The position numbers were made by a program, and so were the translations under genes. The notes under the pieces are model-generated. The model was not told where the DNA came from, made no database searches, and saw nothing but the letters and a program-made list of their open reading frames with translations. From Takakia lepidozioides (lineage: Eukaryota; Plantae; Bryophyta), in contig JAKLZA010000023.1 of NCBI GenBank assembly GCA_030704615.1, positions 1-64,000 of the forward strand: a stretch of DNA of 64,000 bases, given 5' to 3'. Within the stretch, counting starts at the first letter, position 1. Each line of letters opens with the position of its first letter. Shown here piece by piece: positions 30,266-42,931 of the stretch.

Positions 30266-33200
30266 ATGCGCAATGTATTGGGTCCCATGCCATGCCGGAC
30301 GGTAAAGGTGGTTTTCGGATTGGACTATGACGCATTGTTGACAATGAACAGCGGAGCACCCCGTGTGTCTAGTGTTGGTCTGAGCTCTGTGGTGCCCTGG
30401 CTGGTGGGTGGATGGTGGAAATCAGGGAAGCTGGGAAACGCTGTTTATGAGGTCCATCTCTTGAGCACTCCATTGGAGAGAAGAATTCAAGATTTCGACA
30501 CAATTGCCGCAGGTTGTCAGGAGGCGGTTGTGTAATCCGACATCCGGCTGGAGGCTGGAGTTGATTTGATATGGGACGAGGGCCCTTCTGGTAGGTGGGG
30601 CGGGCATGACGGGGGAGGTGTGGTAGCGAGAGCAAGATCCGGAGACATGACTAGGTAGGGGGCTAGCTTGCTGCCCCCACGAAGTAGTTGCAAGGGGGTG
30701 TAATTTGGGAAGTGGGCAGAGTTTGTTGCAGGGGATACGCATTGCCGGGCCTGGTCAAGTTCGCAATCTATCTCGACAGGCAAGGGCCATACAGCGGCAT
30801 CAATGGCAGAGCTACGGTATTCCCAAGGTGAACTTGCACGGGGCCTCACTGTCCTACGTCGCAACATTGTGATCAAGTCGTCCTTTGCGGATGCTGAGGG
30901 TGGAGACTTGCAGAGAGAATTCGATGAGGCGTCCGAAATTGACCCCAGCATAGGGCGAACACCAACATTGCTAGTACCTTGAATGAGAAGGTGGTGGAGA
31001 CTCGCAGTGGAATGCAAGGCATGGCAGAAGCTTTTCACATTGCACCTCGGACTGCCGTTGGCATCACAGCAGCTATTGGGTTGGCGGCACTGGTGGTGCC
31101 CCTGTACATGCCATCCCAGCAGGGCTGCCCCTAAAACTTTCGTTCTCTCCTATATGACTCTGCTGTTTGGTTTCTACATGGCCTGGAACATCGGTGCCAA
31201 TGATGTGGCCCAACGCCATGGGTACGTCAGTGGGTTCTGGTGCTCTCTCTCTCCGCCAGGCTGTGTTGACAGCTGCAGTTTTAGAGTTCAGTGGGCCTTC
31301 ATGGTAGGCTCTCATGTGAGCCACACAATGCAATCAGGGATCTTGACAGCTGGTGTGTTCAATGGGAAAGACTCACTGCTGTTTTGTGGAATGATTTCAT
31401 CTCTTGGAGCTGCTGGCACCTGGCTGCAGGTGAGTAAATTGTTGAAAGGTTATGCAATGTAGTTTTTGAGGTTCTAGGTGGGTAGGTTTAAGTTCTCCTA
31501 TTGGCAGGGAGCTGTGTCTTTGGCAAAGTGACTATGGATGACCAAAGCTCAGTGAATGGCCTTCAGGTAATCAGGGTAGGAAGCTGATCGATAGCTGTCA
31601 CAATAGCATTAGCGCAATCAACCGGTCTTGTGTGTGTAACTTGAAATTCCACATAATAGTAGTTTTAGTAGTTCCACAAAGGAACTTGCACAAGACTTTG
31701 TGAAACCATCCCACTAGCTGACATAAGAAAATACATGCCAAGTCGTCCCCTGCAGTAATACTTTTGCAAGTAAGGCCTGTATTGGCAAATTAGGGCAAGT
31801 AACAAGCACACAGGGTGTGGGTGCAGGTGGCATCTTACTATGGATGGCCCGTGTCGACCACACATTGTATTATTGGAGCAATGGTGGGATTTGGCCTTGT
31901 ATATGGTGGGATTGGGGCAGTTTATTGGAAATCTTTGGCTCGTGTTGTCTCATCCTGGGTAGTATCACCCTTAATGGGTGCAGTGGTTTCATTCATTGTA
32001 TACAAATGTATTCGAACTGTAAGTACTATATCTCTGGTCCCCCTCCACAAGTCTTCAGGGCATTAATGCTTGTGATGCCATATTTCAAACCTAATATCAG
32101 CAACAGTGAACTCCTTCAAATATTTTGATAATTTTATGTGGCGACTGACTTAAGTCTGGATATTGTATTATGGTGTTTGCCTACGAGGCATGCTGTTAGC
32201 ATAGTTAAAGGACAACTGATTTGCTTTACGTTGTCCGAAGTGTTTCAAATCCACTTTCATGTTGCTGAAATGCCTATGTTCACTATGCTTTAGAGAATAT
32301 ATAGCTTCCTTTAATGCTGTGCAAGAAGTAGATGATGGCAAGTGAAGGATGAAGGAAGTGGGCTAGCAATGACAGGGGATGGGTGGGGAAGCAGTTTGTG
32401 TACAGTGCATCAAATCCAGGGCAAGCAGCAGCCACAGCAGCCCCAATAGCTGTGTTCATTGGCGTGGCTGCATTGTCATTCACTGCATTTCCTAGCAAGG
32501 CAGGTGTTTTACTGTCGGCAGCACAGGCACTGGGTTTTGGAATGATAGGGGCAATTCTTATTACTGTGGTCATTCGGCGCCAGTTGGGTGGTCTGCTAGG
32601 TGCATATTGCGAACTGCCTGTGGAAACTAGGACAGATGAGAAGGTGGGCAAGCAATCTTTGAGTTTGATGTCAAAGGTGGAAGGGCCCAAAGGCACACAG
32701 CTTCGCATCGTGTACAGCATATTTGGGTATTTGCAGGTGTTGTCAGCATGCTTTATGTCATTTGCACATGGGGCAAACGATGTTGCCAATGCGATTGGAC
32801 CCATATCTGCCGCCTTAGCCATTCTGCATGGCAATGGGTTAAGTACAGGGCCTCAGGCAGGCATGCCCACTGATGTACTGGCCTGGGGCGGATTTGGGAT
32901 AGTAGCTGGGCTGATGGTTTGGGGTTATCGGGTCATAGCCACCATAGGGAAGAAAATTACGGAGTTAACACCGACTCGTGGCTTTGCAGCAGAATTTGCA
33001 GCTGCCACTGTGGTGGTACTTGCCTCACGACTTGGTCTGCCCATCTCTGCCACCCACACTCTGGTTGGGGCAGTCATGGGGTTGGCTTTGCACGTGGCCT
33101 TAACAGTGTGCGGGGTGAAGTCGTTCGTGAGATTGTGGCATCCTGGATGGTTACCATCCCAGTTGGAGCTGTCCTCTCTGTACTTTACACCTTCATTCTT

Positions 33201-33278
33201 ATCAGGCTTGTTCCATCGTTTAGTGTGAATACCAAATTCATTCTTATAAGGCTTGAGCTTGTTCCATCTTTATTGTGA
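30266..33278 (+). CDS. PHT2;1: Plastid PiT-family phosphate transporter PHT2;1, three exons; start uncertain
   Basis: [13 protein letters not shown] (exon 1, to 31429); [22 protein letters not shown] (31827-32018); [25 protein letters not shown] and [15 protein letters not shown] (from 32395). Long N-terminal extension. Confidence 0.95.
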
Positions 33279-34099
33279 ATACTAATTTCCAGTTTTGCAT
33301 AACTCAGAAGCAGCAAGAACCTGGACAGAGTCCCATACTGAAAGCTATGCCTCAGTTACAAAAAATCTGTAGAATTCTTCTGTTCTTTGGTTGTAGGCGA
33401 ATCATTGGTAAAGTGGAAAGAGTCTTTTTTTTATTTGCGATACTTGTATTTGTGGGTGTGCCAGTGTTAGGATTACTTTTACTTTTAGTGCACTTCCACA
33501 CAGAAGTCGGGGTCAGTATGTCTTGCAGGTTGCTCATTGGGTCACTGGCTGTTAGCAAAACTTCCAAGAGTTTCCCAAGATCTGGTCAAATGCAGTGAGG
33601 GTGTCAGTAGACACTGACCAGTACACAGTGGATTGAGGTGTAGCCTTTATGTGGTTCCCATCTTCTATGACCATGGGGTGCTCACAGTACCCCGCAATCT
33701 CAACCTTAAGTTTCTTAAGAGATCAGCAGGGACTTGCATTAAAGACAACCTTATGATATTCCTTGCTAGTTTTCTCCCAACCGATTACTATACTAATGGG
33801 AGTAATTCCAAGAACTGGAAGATCATATGGTACAAATAGTACTGCATTGTTTGATATCAGGCCAGTGCAAGTTCATCTTGTCTGCGAGGCCCTGGTCATC
33901 TGATGACACAAAATCTTCATGCCACTACTGTTGTTAGATGTATACCCTTAGTTTGTCAGCTCAAACCTCAATTTAGACTGCCAAAGGAGAGGAAAGGGGC
34001 AAGTCCACAGATCAAACTTTATGTATGCAGTATGCACCACATCAACAAACTGAGGCCCTACACGAAGCCCAGGAAGGATGCCCTCGAAAACAAGTTAAG

Positions 34100-37000
34100 C
34101 TTCCAAACCAAACTTGAAACATGACCACCTCCACGAGGCACCCACAGCACTGGACTATGCAATATAAGTTTCAGCGCCCAATCTGCATCAGATGCCAACC
34201 CCCATCTCCTTTCATTGTTTTCTTCATTTTCTCCATCTACAAAGTAGCTGTGCTCTCATCATTCATACATATGTACAGTTCCCTTTTGCCGGGTTAACCT
34301 GTCTGTGGCTGCAAGCCAGCAAACAGCCTTTGCAATCTGTTATTGTTGGTGTAAAACTGGTTCAATGCAACCAATGGGGTTGCTGGGAAATTGTTTCTGC
34401 AAATCTACAAGTCTTAATACAACCTTCTGGAGGCTTCTGAGGTATGAACTACCCTGGTGGATCGGTAAGTGGTGTCATCAGCCAGGCCATGCACCCAAGG
34501 CCTCTGGCCGTGTCAGGCAATGAAAAGAATTATTTTACCAGTAGGACTTGGACACCTAAATTGCTGGCTTTTGATGTGAGGCTAGTGTTTGCGATATGAC
34601 TGTCTTCGGCCGAAGAAAACATCGCGGCACTGTTCTAGTATACAACACCATGGCAACAAGCACCACAAATACCGCATTGACATCACGGAGTCCAACCGTT
34701 TTCCCCCAAAGCTTTTGCCAATGTGGGCTTGGAACCTTCAGTTTGAAGATTCCAAGCCCTGCCATCCTCTACATCCCCTCCTGGGAGCAACTCAGAGCCA
34801 GTTGCATCATGCTCCTCTGTATCATAGTAATGCTTCATCTTCTTCAGTAGATCCACCATATCCAGCACCACATCTGTGCCTCCTGTGTGTGCTGGTACTT
34901 GACTACTGTTGGTGACGATGTCAGAGTCCACCTGAGGTGCTCGTGGAGGCAGGAGCAGGTCACCAACTGAAGTCACCTCGCCCTCATTGGCTGGTGAGGG
35001 CAAGTGGACACAAAAATGACCTCCATTGTTTGTGGGACTAAAGCCATCTGTTATATGTGAGTTGCCACATTGCACTGTCTCCGCAGCCAAACTGTTGGGG
35101 CCATCAGAGCATGATGACAAGAGTGGGGGCGGGAAAGGTGGAGCACATTGAGCATGTTGTTGCTGATTAGATATGTGACGCATTGTCAGGAACACCTGTG
35201 CAAATTGTTGGAGCCTTTCCTGATCACGTTTCAGACTCTTCGATTGCTTCTTGGGGCCAGTCTCGTCACCAAAGCACTCCTGCTGAGGGCTGGAATGAGC
35301 TTCCAAGCTAGGTGATCCTCCATCATTACAGGGTTGAGAGATGGTCGCACTGGCATAAACCTCCCCTGCACTGACTTCATAGACATCCCAACAAACATGC
35401 TGTTTCTCTGCTGTCGAGGTACTGCTCAAGTTGAGTTTTACATCGCCTTCATTGTCGACTCCACCAGCCACCTCACGTGCCCTCTGTGAAAAAAAAGGAG
35501 CAGCTGTATCAGCAAAATCAAGGGGCAAAGGCTGCTTGCAAGAACTGGATGAGATGACTGGAGGCAGTGGGTGAAGCACTGCCAAGCATGTGTCTAAAAC
35601 ACTGTCCAGTTTGTCTATGTGCACATTATTCCAATCCTCTGCAGATGTGCTTTCAGCTTCCGCAGACAAGGAGTATCTTTCACCATTGATTTGAGTGCCG
35701 TAACATTATCCTTGGTCTCAATAATGATACCTCGGGAGCTTTCCTTGGCTTCCAGCCGCCCAACAGTACCAGGTGGACCCATATTTTCAGCAACCAACTG
35801 CAACTTCAAGGGACATACATGATCCTGGGGTCCCCAACTATTCTCTGCTTCTCTATCCCTCACATGGGCCTTTTTAAGAGAGTCTGCATATGGACTCAAA
35901 TCAGAAGTTAAAGAGACATATCCCTTCATGTTGTTGTCTATTTGAGTTGGTACAACCTCCTTGGTCTCACAAAATCTGACTTGTAAACTATCTGTGTCTT
36001 CCGTAAGTCCAGCAATACAGAAGAAACCTCCTCTCCAGCACCAACTCCATCACTGAATGTTGCAGGGTTGCACCGCCACTGTCTGCCTCTCTAACACCTG
36101 TATACTTGATTTCCTTGGAAAATCTGCACTTGAAAAGGTACCAGAAGTTGAAGGAACATCTGGAAACTCAGAAATTATTACATCCCTCCAGACAGTGGAG
36201 CCCCCAGCAGATCTGACCACTTTTCCAGTCACCACTTCTAAACCTAAATTTTCCCCTAAAAGCTGCATTCGTTCCTTCTCTCGCCACGATCGCTGAATCA
36301 ACGACCCTTCTTGGCATCTTGCTTGATATTTTTTCCTGCAGGCAAATGCACGATAAGCCGCCTGAATGGTCACAGCTGCCCCTTGCACATGCTGGTGCTG
36401 GTGCCTGTGCAAGTGACTCTGGTCTGTTGAGGCTCCCACATGCAATAGCTGCTTCTGTTGCCTGAAAAAGAAGTACACATGCCAGCCTCTACACCAACAA
36501 CTGCTTGCTCTGGAATCAATCTTTCCACTCTTCCAAGTTGAAATAACCTCCATCGGCGCTGTATTATTACTGCAGCTTCATGCCGAGCCTGAAGTGCCCC
36601 TCTGTGGAGCTGCTGATAATGAAGGCCCCGCCACCAACTTTGAATGAACACAGCTGCATGCTGCTTCACAAACAAACTTGCCCTTGTCCTCAAACAACAC
36701 CTGTACCAGCGCTGGATGGTAACTGCTGCCATCACATTCCGTTTCCTTATAGCCCATGAACGAAAAGTGGCCTGTATCTTCACGGCTGCTTTTGATTGTC
36801 TGTGAACGCCAACTCCACTGGATGGTGAATGCAGCCGCATGCCATCGCCTAAGCATATGCTGTAGTGCATAATCGCACAGATGTGCTTGAATCACAACAG
36901 CTGTCACAACCTGGTGCTTTAGTCTGTGAACCCTGTATCGTTGCTGCTTGTGCCAGGCTTGCTGAATGGTCAGGGCAACAGCCTGGCACGTGTGAAGCCA

Positions 37001-38887
37001 ATACCTGACTGCAACACCCCATGAATGCGCCTGAATCAGCAGTGTCGCACACTCCTCCACATCTTTCTGCTCTTGCAAATGTCGCGCTCGGGCAGCCCTC
37101 CACATCCGCTGCATTGTGAGCACTGCGTTGCAAAGCTGCCTATATTGATCTCTTACTTGCTTCCTGCGAACAGCGGCTTGGAGCTTCACCACACTAACCC
37201 TTTGTATTTGATAGTATTTCCTAGCTTGCAAACCTCGGTAAAAACTCTGGATCTTAATTGCTGCACCCTCCTGCACCTGTCTCTGCAGTTGCAAATGCCG
37301 CCTTCTGGAAGCCCTCCACTTTCTTTGGAGAGTCAGCACTACATTGTACAGCTGTTGATACCGCTTGCTTACTTGTCGTCTCCGAACACTAGCCTGTAGC
37401 AACACTACCCCTGCCCTCCCTAATCTGTAGTTCCTGCTAGCTAGCCAACCTCGGTAAGAACTCTGGATCTTTACCACTGCAGCATGCTCCTGCAACCTCC
37501 TCTGCAGTTGCAAATGCCGCAATCTGCAAGCCCTCCATGTCCTTTGGATTGTCAGCACTGCACTGTAGAGCTGCCCATACTGCTTCCGTACTTGTTGCCT
37601 CCGAACACAAGCCTGCAGCAACACCACCCCTTCCCTCCCTAATCTGTAGGTCTTCCTAGCTAGCCAACCTCGATAGGAACTCTGGATTTTCACTGCTGCA
37701 CGATCTTGCACCTCCCTCTGCAGTTTCAAACGTCGGCTTCTGGAAGCCCTCCATGTCCTTTGGAGAGTGAGCACCGCCATGTAGAGCTCCCAATACTGCT
37801 TCCTTACATGTTGCCTCCGAACACAAGCCTGGAGCAACAGCACCCTATCTCTCACTAATCTGTAGTTCCTTCTAGCTAGCCAACCTCGATAAGAATTCTG
37901 AATCTTCGATGCTGCGTGCTCTAGTACCTCCCTCTGCTGTTGCAAAAGTCGCTTTCTGGCAGCTCTCCACATTCTTTGGAGAGTGAGCACTGCATTGTAC
38001 AGCTGCTGGTACTGCTTCCTTACTTGCCTGCTCCGAACCATTGCCTGAAGTATCACCACTTTCTCCCTCCCTAATTATAGCTCCTTCTAGCTAGCCACCC
38101 GCGGTAACAACACTGCATTCTCATGGCGGCACGCTCCTCTACCTCCCTCTGGAATTGTAGATGCTGCCTCCACATTCTGTAATTTTTTGTGGCAAGCCAA
38201 CCCCTGTAAAAACTCTGGATCCTCACAGCTGCAGCATGCATGGACTTTGATTGCAGCTCGAGTCCTAAACCCCCGGAATGCAGCCTGGATCACACCAGCA
38301 GCACTCAAAGCCTTCTGCTGTTCTTCTATAATTGTCTGAACGTGGGTCAAAGGCTGTTCATTCAGAAACTCGGTAACACCATTTTCCACTGTTGGATTAG
38401 TCACCCCTGGCAGGTCCTCTTCAACTCTAAACAAGTGATTGGAAACAATGGGATTTGGGAGCCTGTTTGCAGGTACTGGCAGTTCATCAATGGGGTGGAA
38501 AAATCCTACAGTCTCCTCACCCCTCCCTACATCCAATAGAGCAGAACGGTTTCCCAAGCTCAAAGAATCTGCAGCTTCCTGTTGTACATAATTATGTGGC
38601 GAAACAGATATCTGTGCCACGTCCAGGTGACTTTGATTTGTCTGATTTAGGGTGTAGGTGTCTACAGAAGCACTCGCTACTGGGGTGCCACCAGATACAA
38701 TGTTTAGGTTCCGTGTCTCTAAATTTTCAATTGCAGTTACCCCCTGCTCGCTAACGTGCCGGGCTACATCTTCAAGTCCTATCAATCCCGGCAAGTCGAA
38801 GGAGCTTAAAGATGCAAATGAAGAGGCGGTGGTGCTGCCGGGATCGGCACAATCCAGAGACATTGAGCTAGCCCCCGGATGAGCCAT
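34100..38887 (-). CDS. Large, apparently single-exon IQ-motif (calmodulin-binding) repeat protein with ASPM-like IQ array; frameshifted; 3' end uncertain
   Basis: Overlapping minus-strand ORFs 38887-38087, 38059-36578, 36870-36370, 36553-36050, 35929-35615 and 35669-34683. About 20 IQxxxRG/LQxxxR motifs. Confidence 0.8.
37090..38130 (-). repeat. Coding tandem repeat, ~219 bp (73 aa, 3 IQ motifs per unit), 4-5 copies
   Basis: KIQSSYRGWLARKxYRLGRxGVVLLQACVRRQQVRKQYxQLYxAVLTLQRxWRA recurs. DNA CTAGCCA(A/C)CC.CG recurs at about 37441, 37660, 37876 and 38091. Confidence 0.92.
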
Positions 38888-40119
38888 GATCGCGAACCTC
38901 TGGTGGCAAACTGCTTCAGCGAAGAGGCGGTGCTAAAAAAGTTACGAGTAGCCCACGAGGTACGGTGAACCACCCCAGCTGCTCCTGCTCCTGCACCAAA
39001 AGCATGCCGCGAGAGCTTGCTAGTCGCTGCTTGAGGCGCTGCCGGGATGAAGCGGGGAGCCCCGCCCCCGCATTCGACGCCATCTGTGCTACAGCTGCCT
39101 TCCACCTCTCCGTTCACTCTTGACCCTTCTCTCTCATTCCAATCTCTGACTGGACCATATCAGTCGTTGCCCGTCGTTGCCCACCAACTTCAAGCTTGAT
39201 GCCGTATGGAGATAGAAGATACAGTGCGACATAACAGCATAAAGGAAACCCCATGATCAGGCGGCAGTACCTGCACACGACCAGGACAATCAACCAATTG
39301 ACTATTAGGTTTCAAGAATGAAATGAACTCCGAGAATTCCATCCCACAAAAATCAAAGTAAGTCCACCTAGAGAACGACAGCACCAAAGACGAATGGGAA
39401 GCAGTTGCCGCCCATCTTTCTACCGCGAGATTGAGCAAAAGGGAGGCACTGGCACTTCGCCACCATGACCTGACCCCTCTCTCTCTTCTCTCTCTCTATC
39501 TCAACAATGTGGCTGCAAGTTGACCACAGATGAGATGATGTACGGAGCAATATAAAGATCAACCTCGCATAAACTCAAGTCTTACCCAAATTTTCGTGAG
39601 CTCTGTGCGGGGAGGCCATGGAAATTTCGGGATTTGTCTGCTGGGCAAGAACCCACAACCGTTTGCATCGACCACCATGTCATGCCGCATGGTACATCAC
39701 AGAGAGCAGACGTGCAAAGGAACTGTCAAGCCAGGGCTGCACCCGCATCAAGAAATCCTTGCTGTGCGCTTTGTCTACTTGCTCTCTCCGGCATTGCCAT
39801 TGGAGGGTACACCCCAGGTTGCACGCCCACACGCAGGTGCTGCTCGTCCCTGCGAGAATGTGAGCCTGCGTGGTGTGCAGTGTGGGGAGCGCTGTGCTGT
39901 ATGCGTGTGAGGCATCTACCGTGAATCTCACGAGCATCAACTCAGTGCACACTTCATCCTCCCACTCCCATCACCCACATACTTACATCCATTTTCTTTC
40001 TGTTTGCTTATCGCCCTCATTTTACATCTTGACTGCGCCAGCGTAGGCGGCGGGGCCACGCACGGCAAAATGGCGCGACGTGTGCACTCACCACTTAGCG
40101 GAGTTCAATTGGAGGTGCA

Positions 40120-40990
40120 CGGTCTTCACGCTATTCCTCCTTCACCTCGATCACGCTCCTCTACTTCTCCTCCTTCTTCACTTCTACTACTTCACACATA
40201 TGCTTCTGCTACTTCCTCTCATATTCCTTCAGTTCTCCTCCTTCACACTCCTTAATATTATTCTCCTGCTTCACTTCTCCTATTTCAGGACTTCACACGT
40301 GCGCTACTCTTATTTCATCCTCTTTCTTCACTTCTCCTTCACACTCCTTATCCTCCTCCTGCTTCACTTCTACTACTTCACACGTGCGTTTCTCCTACTT
40401 CATCCTCACTTCTCCTCCTTCAAGCTCTTTATCCTCCTCATGCTTCAATTCTCCTACTTCATGCTTCACACGTGTGCTTCTCCTCCTTCTTCACTTTCTC
40501 TTCCTTCACTTCTCCTATTTCACGTTCCTCTTTGTTCACACGTGCATTCTCATACTTCATCCTCATCCTTCTCCTATTGGGTCATGTTGGTCATATTTGG
40601 AAGGTCATACCATCAAAAGGCAGTTTTCTCCAAAACTTATGTTTGGGGCATTTGCACTCACCTACCTCGTGCAGCTTAGTTTGAGCTCGATGCACTATCT
40701 CTCTTCAACCCTTCAAGCACGATGTGACAAAAGGAACGAAAATCCATGAACCGACCCCATCGTCTCCACCCCGTAGGAACTACAAGATCGCCCCGACGGT
40801 CGTCACGCTCATTATACTCCTCCTTATTTACCTCTCCTCCTTGACGCTCCTCTTTTTTCACTTCTTCCTGTGAAGCATTGTGTTATTGTTGGTTTTGTGG
40901 ATTTGTGATATCGCTTCGACAAATAGTTTTCTTCCAATTGCTTCGTTTGGGGCACCCGCACTTACCACTCATGTAGTTCACTTCTAGGTC
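40120..40990. repeat. CT-rich degenerate minisatellite with repeated CACACGTG
   Basis: Units such as CTTCACTTCTCCTACTTCACACGTGC. GTTTGGGGCA..GCACT recurs at about 40641 and 40946. Confidence 0.7.
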
Positions 40991-41354
40991 GACGGGTTGC
41001 ATGTGACTCCTTCTTCACGCTCCTCATTCTTCATGAGTGGACGCATCATGCTAGATTCGTGTTGTGGACATGTGAAGAGACACCCTAGAAAAAATAGAGA
41101 TGAGTACAAAAAGTCATCTACAGAAGCAATTGGAGGTTGTTCGTAGAAACGGCACAACCTTCCACAAGATGAACTAATATTATGGTGATGCGTCGACTCA
41201 CATGAAAGTGAAGAAGATGAAAAAAAGAATGAGCATAAAGACAGAGTTGCATGCAAACCATCGAAATCTAGTGAGTGTAGATACCCCAAGAGAAACAATC
41301 GGAAAAAAATTGTTCGTCAATGCGGTATAATCTCTCTCCAAGTCTGCTTTGTAA

Positions 41355-41759
41355 GAGCATCTCCACGGTGCCACGGCACTTGCCCGAAAACGACAATCTA
41401 ATGACGTTGGGACCAGGAAAATAGCACAGCTTGCTCCACGGTTGGCTCAGCCCGATAGAATTGTTGTCGGCCCTGCCTTAAATCTGCCTCCCGCTCGGCA
41501 CTTTTGCGAATCATACCGGGACCCCGCCAACCACGGTACATTAGATTTGTGAGTTATTTGTGAGTTAATGAGATATGATGTCCTCGGTGAACGCGTCAAG
41601 ATTGTGGTCGAGCGGAGGGCCTGCCTCGGGGCTATCTCATTCGGGTCTCCTACCGTCCCAACCGTGGAGTGTCAGCCAACCAGTCCTTGTAAAAATATCG
41701 TCGCCCCTGTAACCAGGGTATATGACGTTTGACGGGTCGTGCTCACCTTGGAGATGCTC
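41355..41759. mobile_element. PIF/Harbinger (Tourist-like) MITE
   Basis: TIR GAGCATCTCCA(C/A)GGTG; TAA TSD at 41352-41354 and 41760-41762. Confidence 0.9.
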
Positions 41760-42931
41760 TAATGTGTTTATTGTATCATTTGTTTCCAATGTTATTATGA
41801 TGTTGTACTTTGTTTACAGTATTCCGAGTCATTAATATCTAGCAACTATAAACATTTACATTAACGTAATACCCAAAATAAGAGGATCAATTGCATTCGC
41901 TTTACATTATACAATATTAGGGTCTTTAACCCTTAAGGGCCCAAGAGACCCAATTCAGGTTTTGAGGAAGTAGATTTTTTCTTTACTTTTCGCATATCTT
42001 AATATTTTTCAATGGTTTCAATTACAATTAATATTCTGGCAACATGGCCCACATTCTCATATTGAAAACAGTACACTCTAATAAATTCTCTGACCTATAG
42101 ATTTTCTAAAAAACGCAGGGTCATAATATTGGAGCATGGGGTGGGGCCACGCAGAGTTGACCATCTGCGTGGCGAGATATAATTGGCACATGTTTAGCCG
42201 TCAAATTGCCATATATGCATGCCGGCGGTGGACTATACATCTATTCACCCGGCATGGAGGTTGAAAGTCTACGTGGCCCTTCCACAGTCAGAAACCTCTA
42301 CTGGAGTAGGTAATTTGCAGGCATGTGGGCAGGAAAGTAACTTGGCCCATTCGGGGGCCCACATTTGTAGATTGTACCATTGGATCTAGTTTTTTTCTCT
42401 AGGCTCACTATTGTATTACATATCACACCTTCACCAGAGTGATTGAGTGAAACATCATTTTATCAAGTAGTGGATTTCTTGTGGCCTCTCATTTTAAGAT
42501 AATAGGGTCTTCAATGGGCACGTGCGATGTGGCCGGTGGGCCCCGCGCACGGACCCAGCCCCGCCCGCCCCGCCCGCGCCCCGTCCGCCGCGCGGCCAGT
42601 CCCCCGCCCATGAGTCCGCTGCCCCCAGTCTGCCAGTCCGCCAGTCTGCCAGTCCGCCAGTCCGCTGCCCAGCAGTCTGCCAGTCCGCCAGTCCGCTGGC
42701 CAGTCCCCTGCCATCCAGTCCGCTGACGGCGCAGGATCGCCACCGTCCATTCCCATAACCCATCCGAGCCCTCCATTTTTAGGGCTGCAATTCAAACCTG
42801 CATCCCTGCCGCCTGCCACTTGCCAGCAGCCGCGAACGTGCGCACTGTTCTCCTGGCACGTTGTCGATCGTGTCCTGTACTGCGGCGCGTTTCTTGCATG
42901 TTCAGAAGCGTGTCTTTGTACTGTATAGGGC

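Noticed and set aside
39596-39952. Cys-rich overlapping ORFs as a small gene
   Set aside because: No recognisable domain, no consistent frame and no splice structure.
40080-40749. Leu/Phe/His-rich 199-aa ORF as a membrane protein
   Set aside because: It is a by-product of the CT-rich minisatellite.
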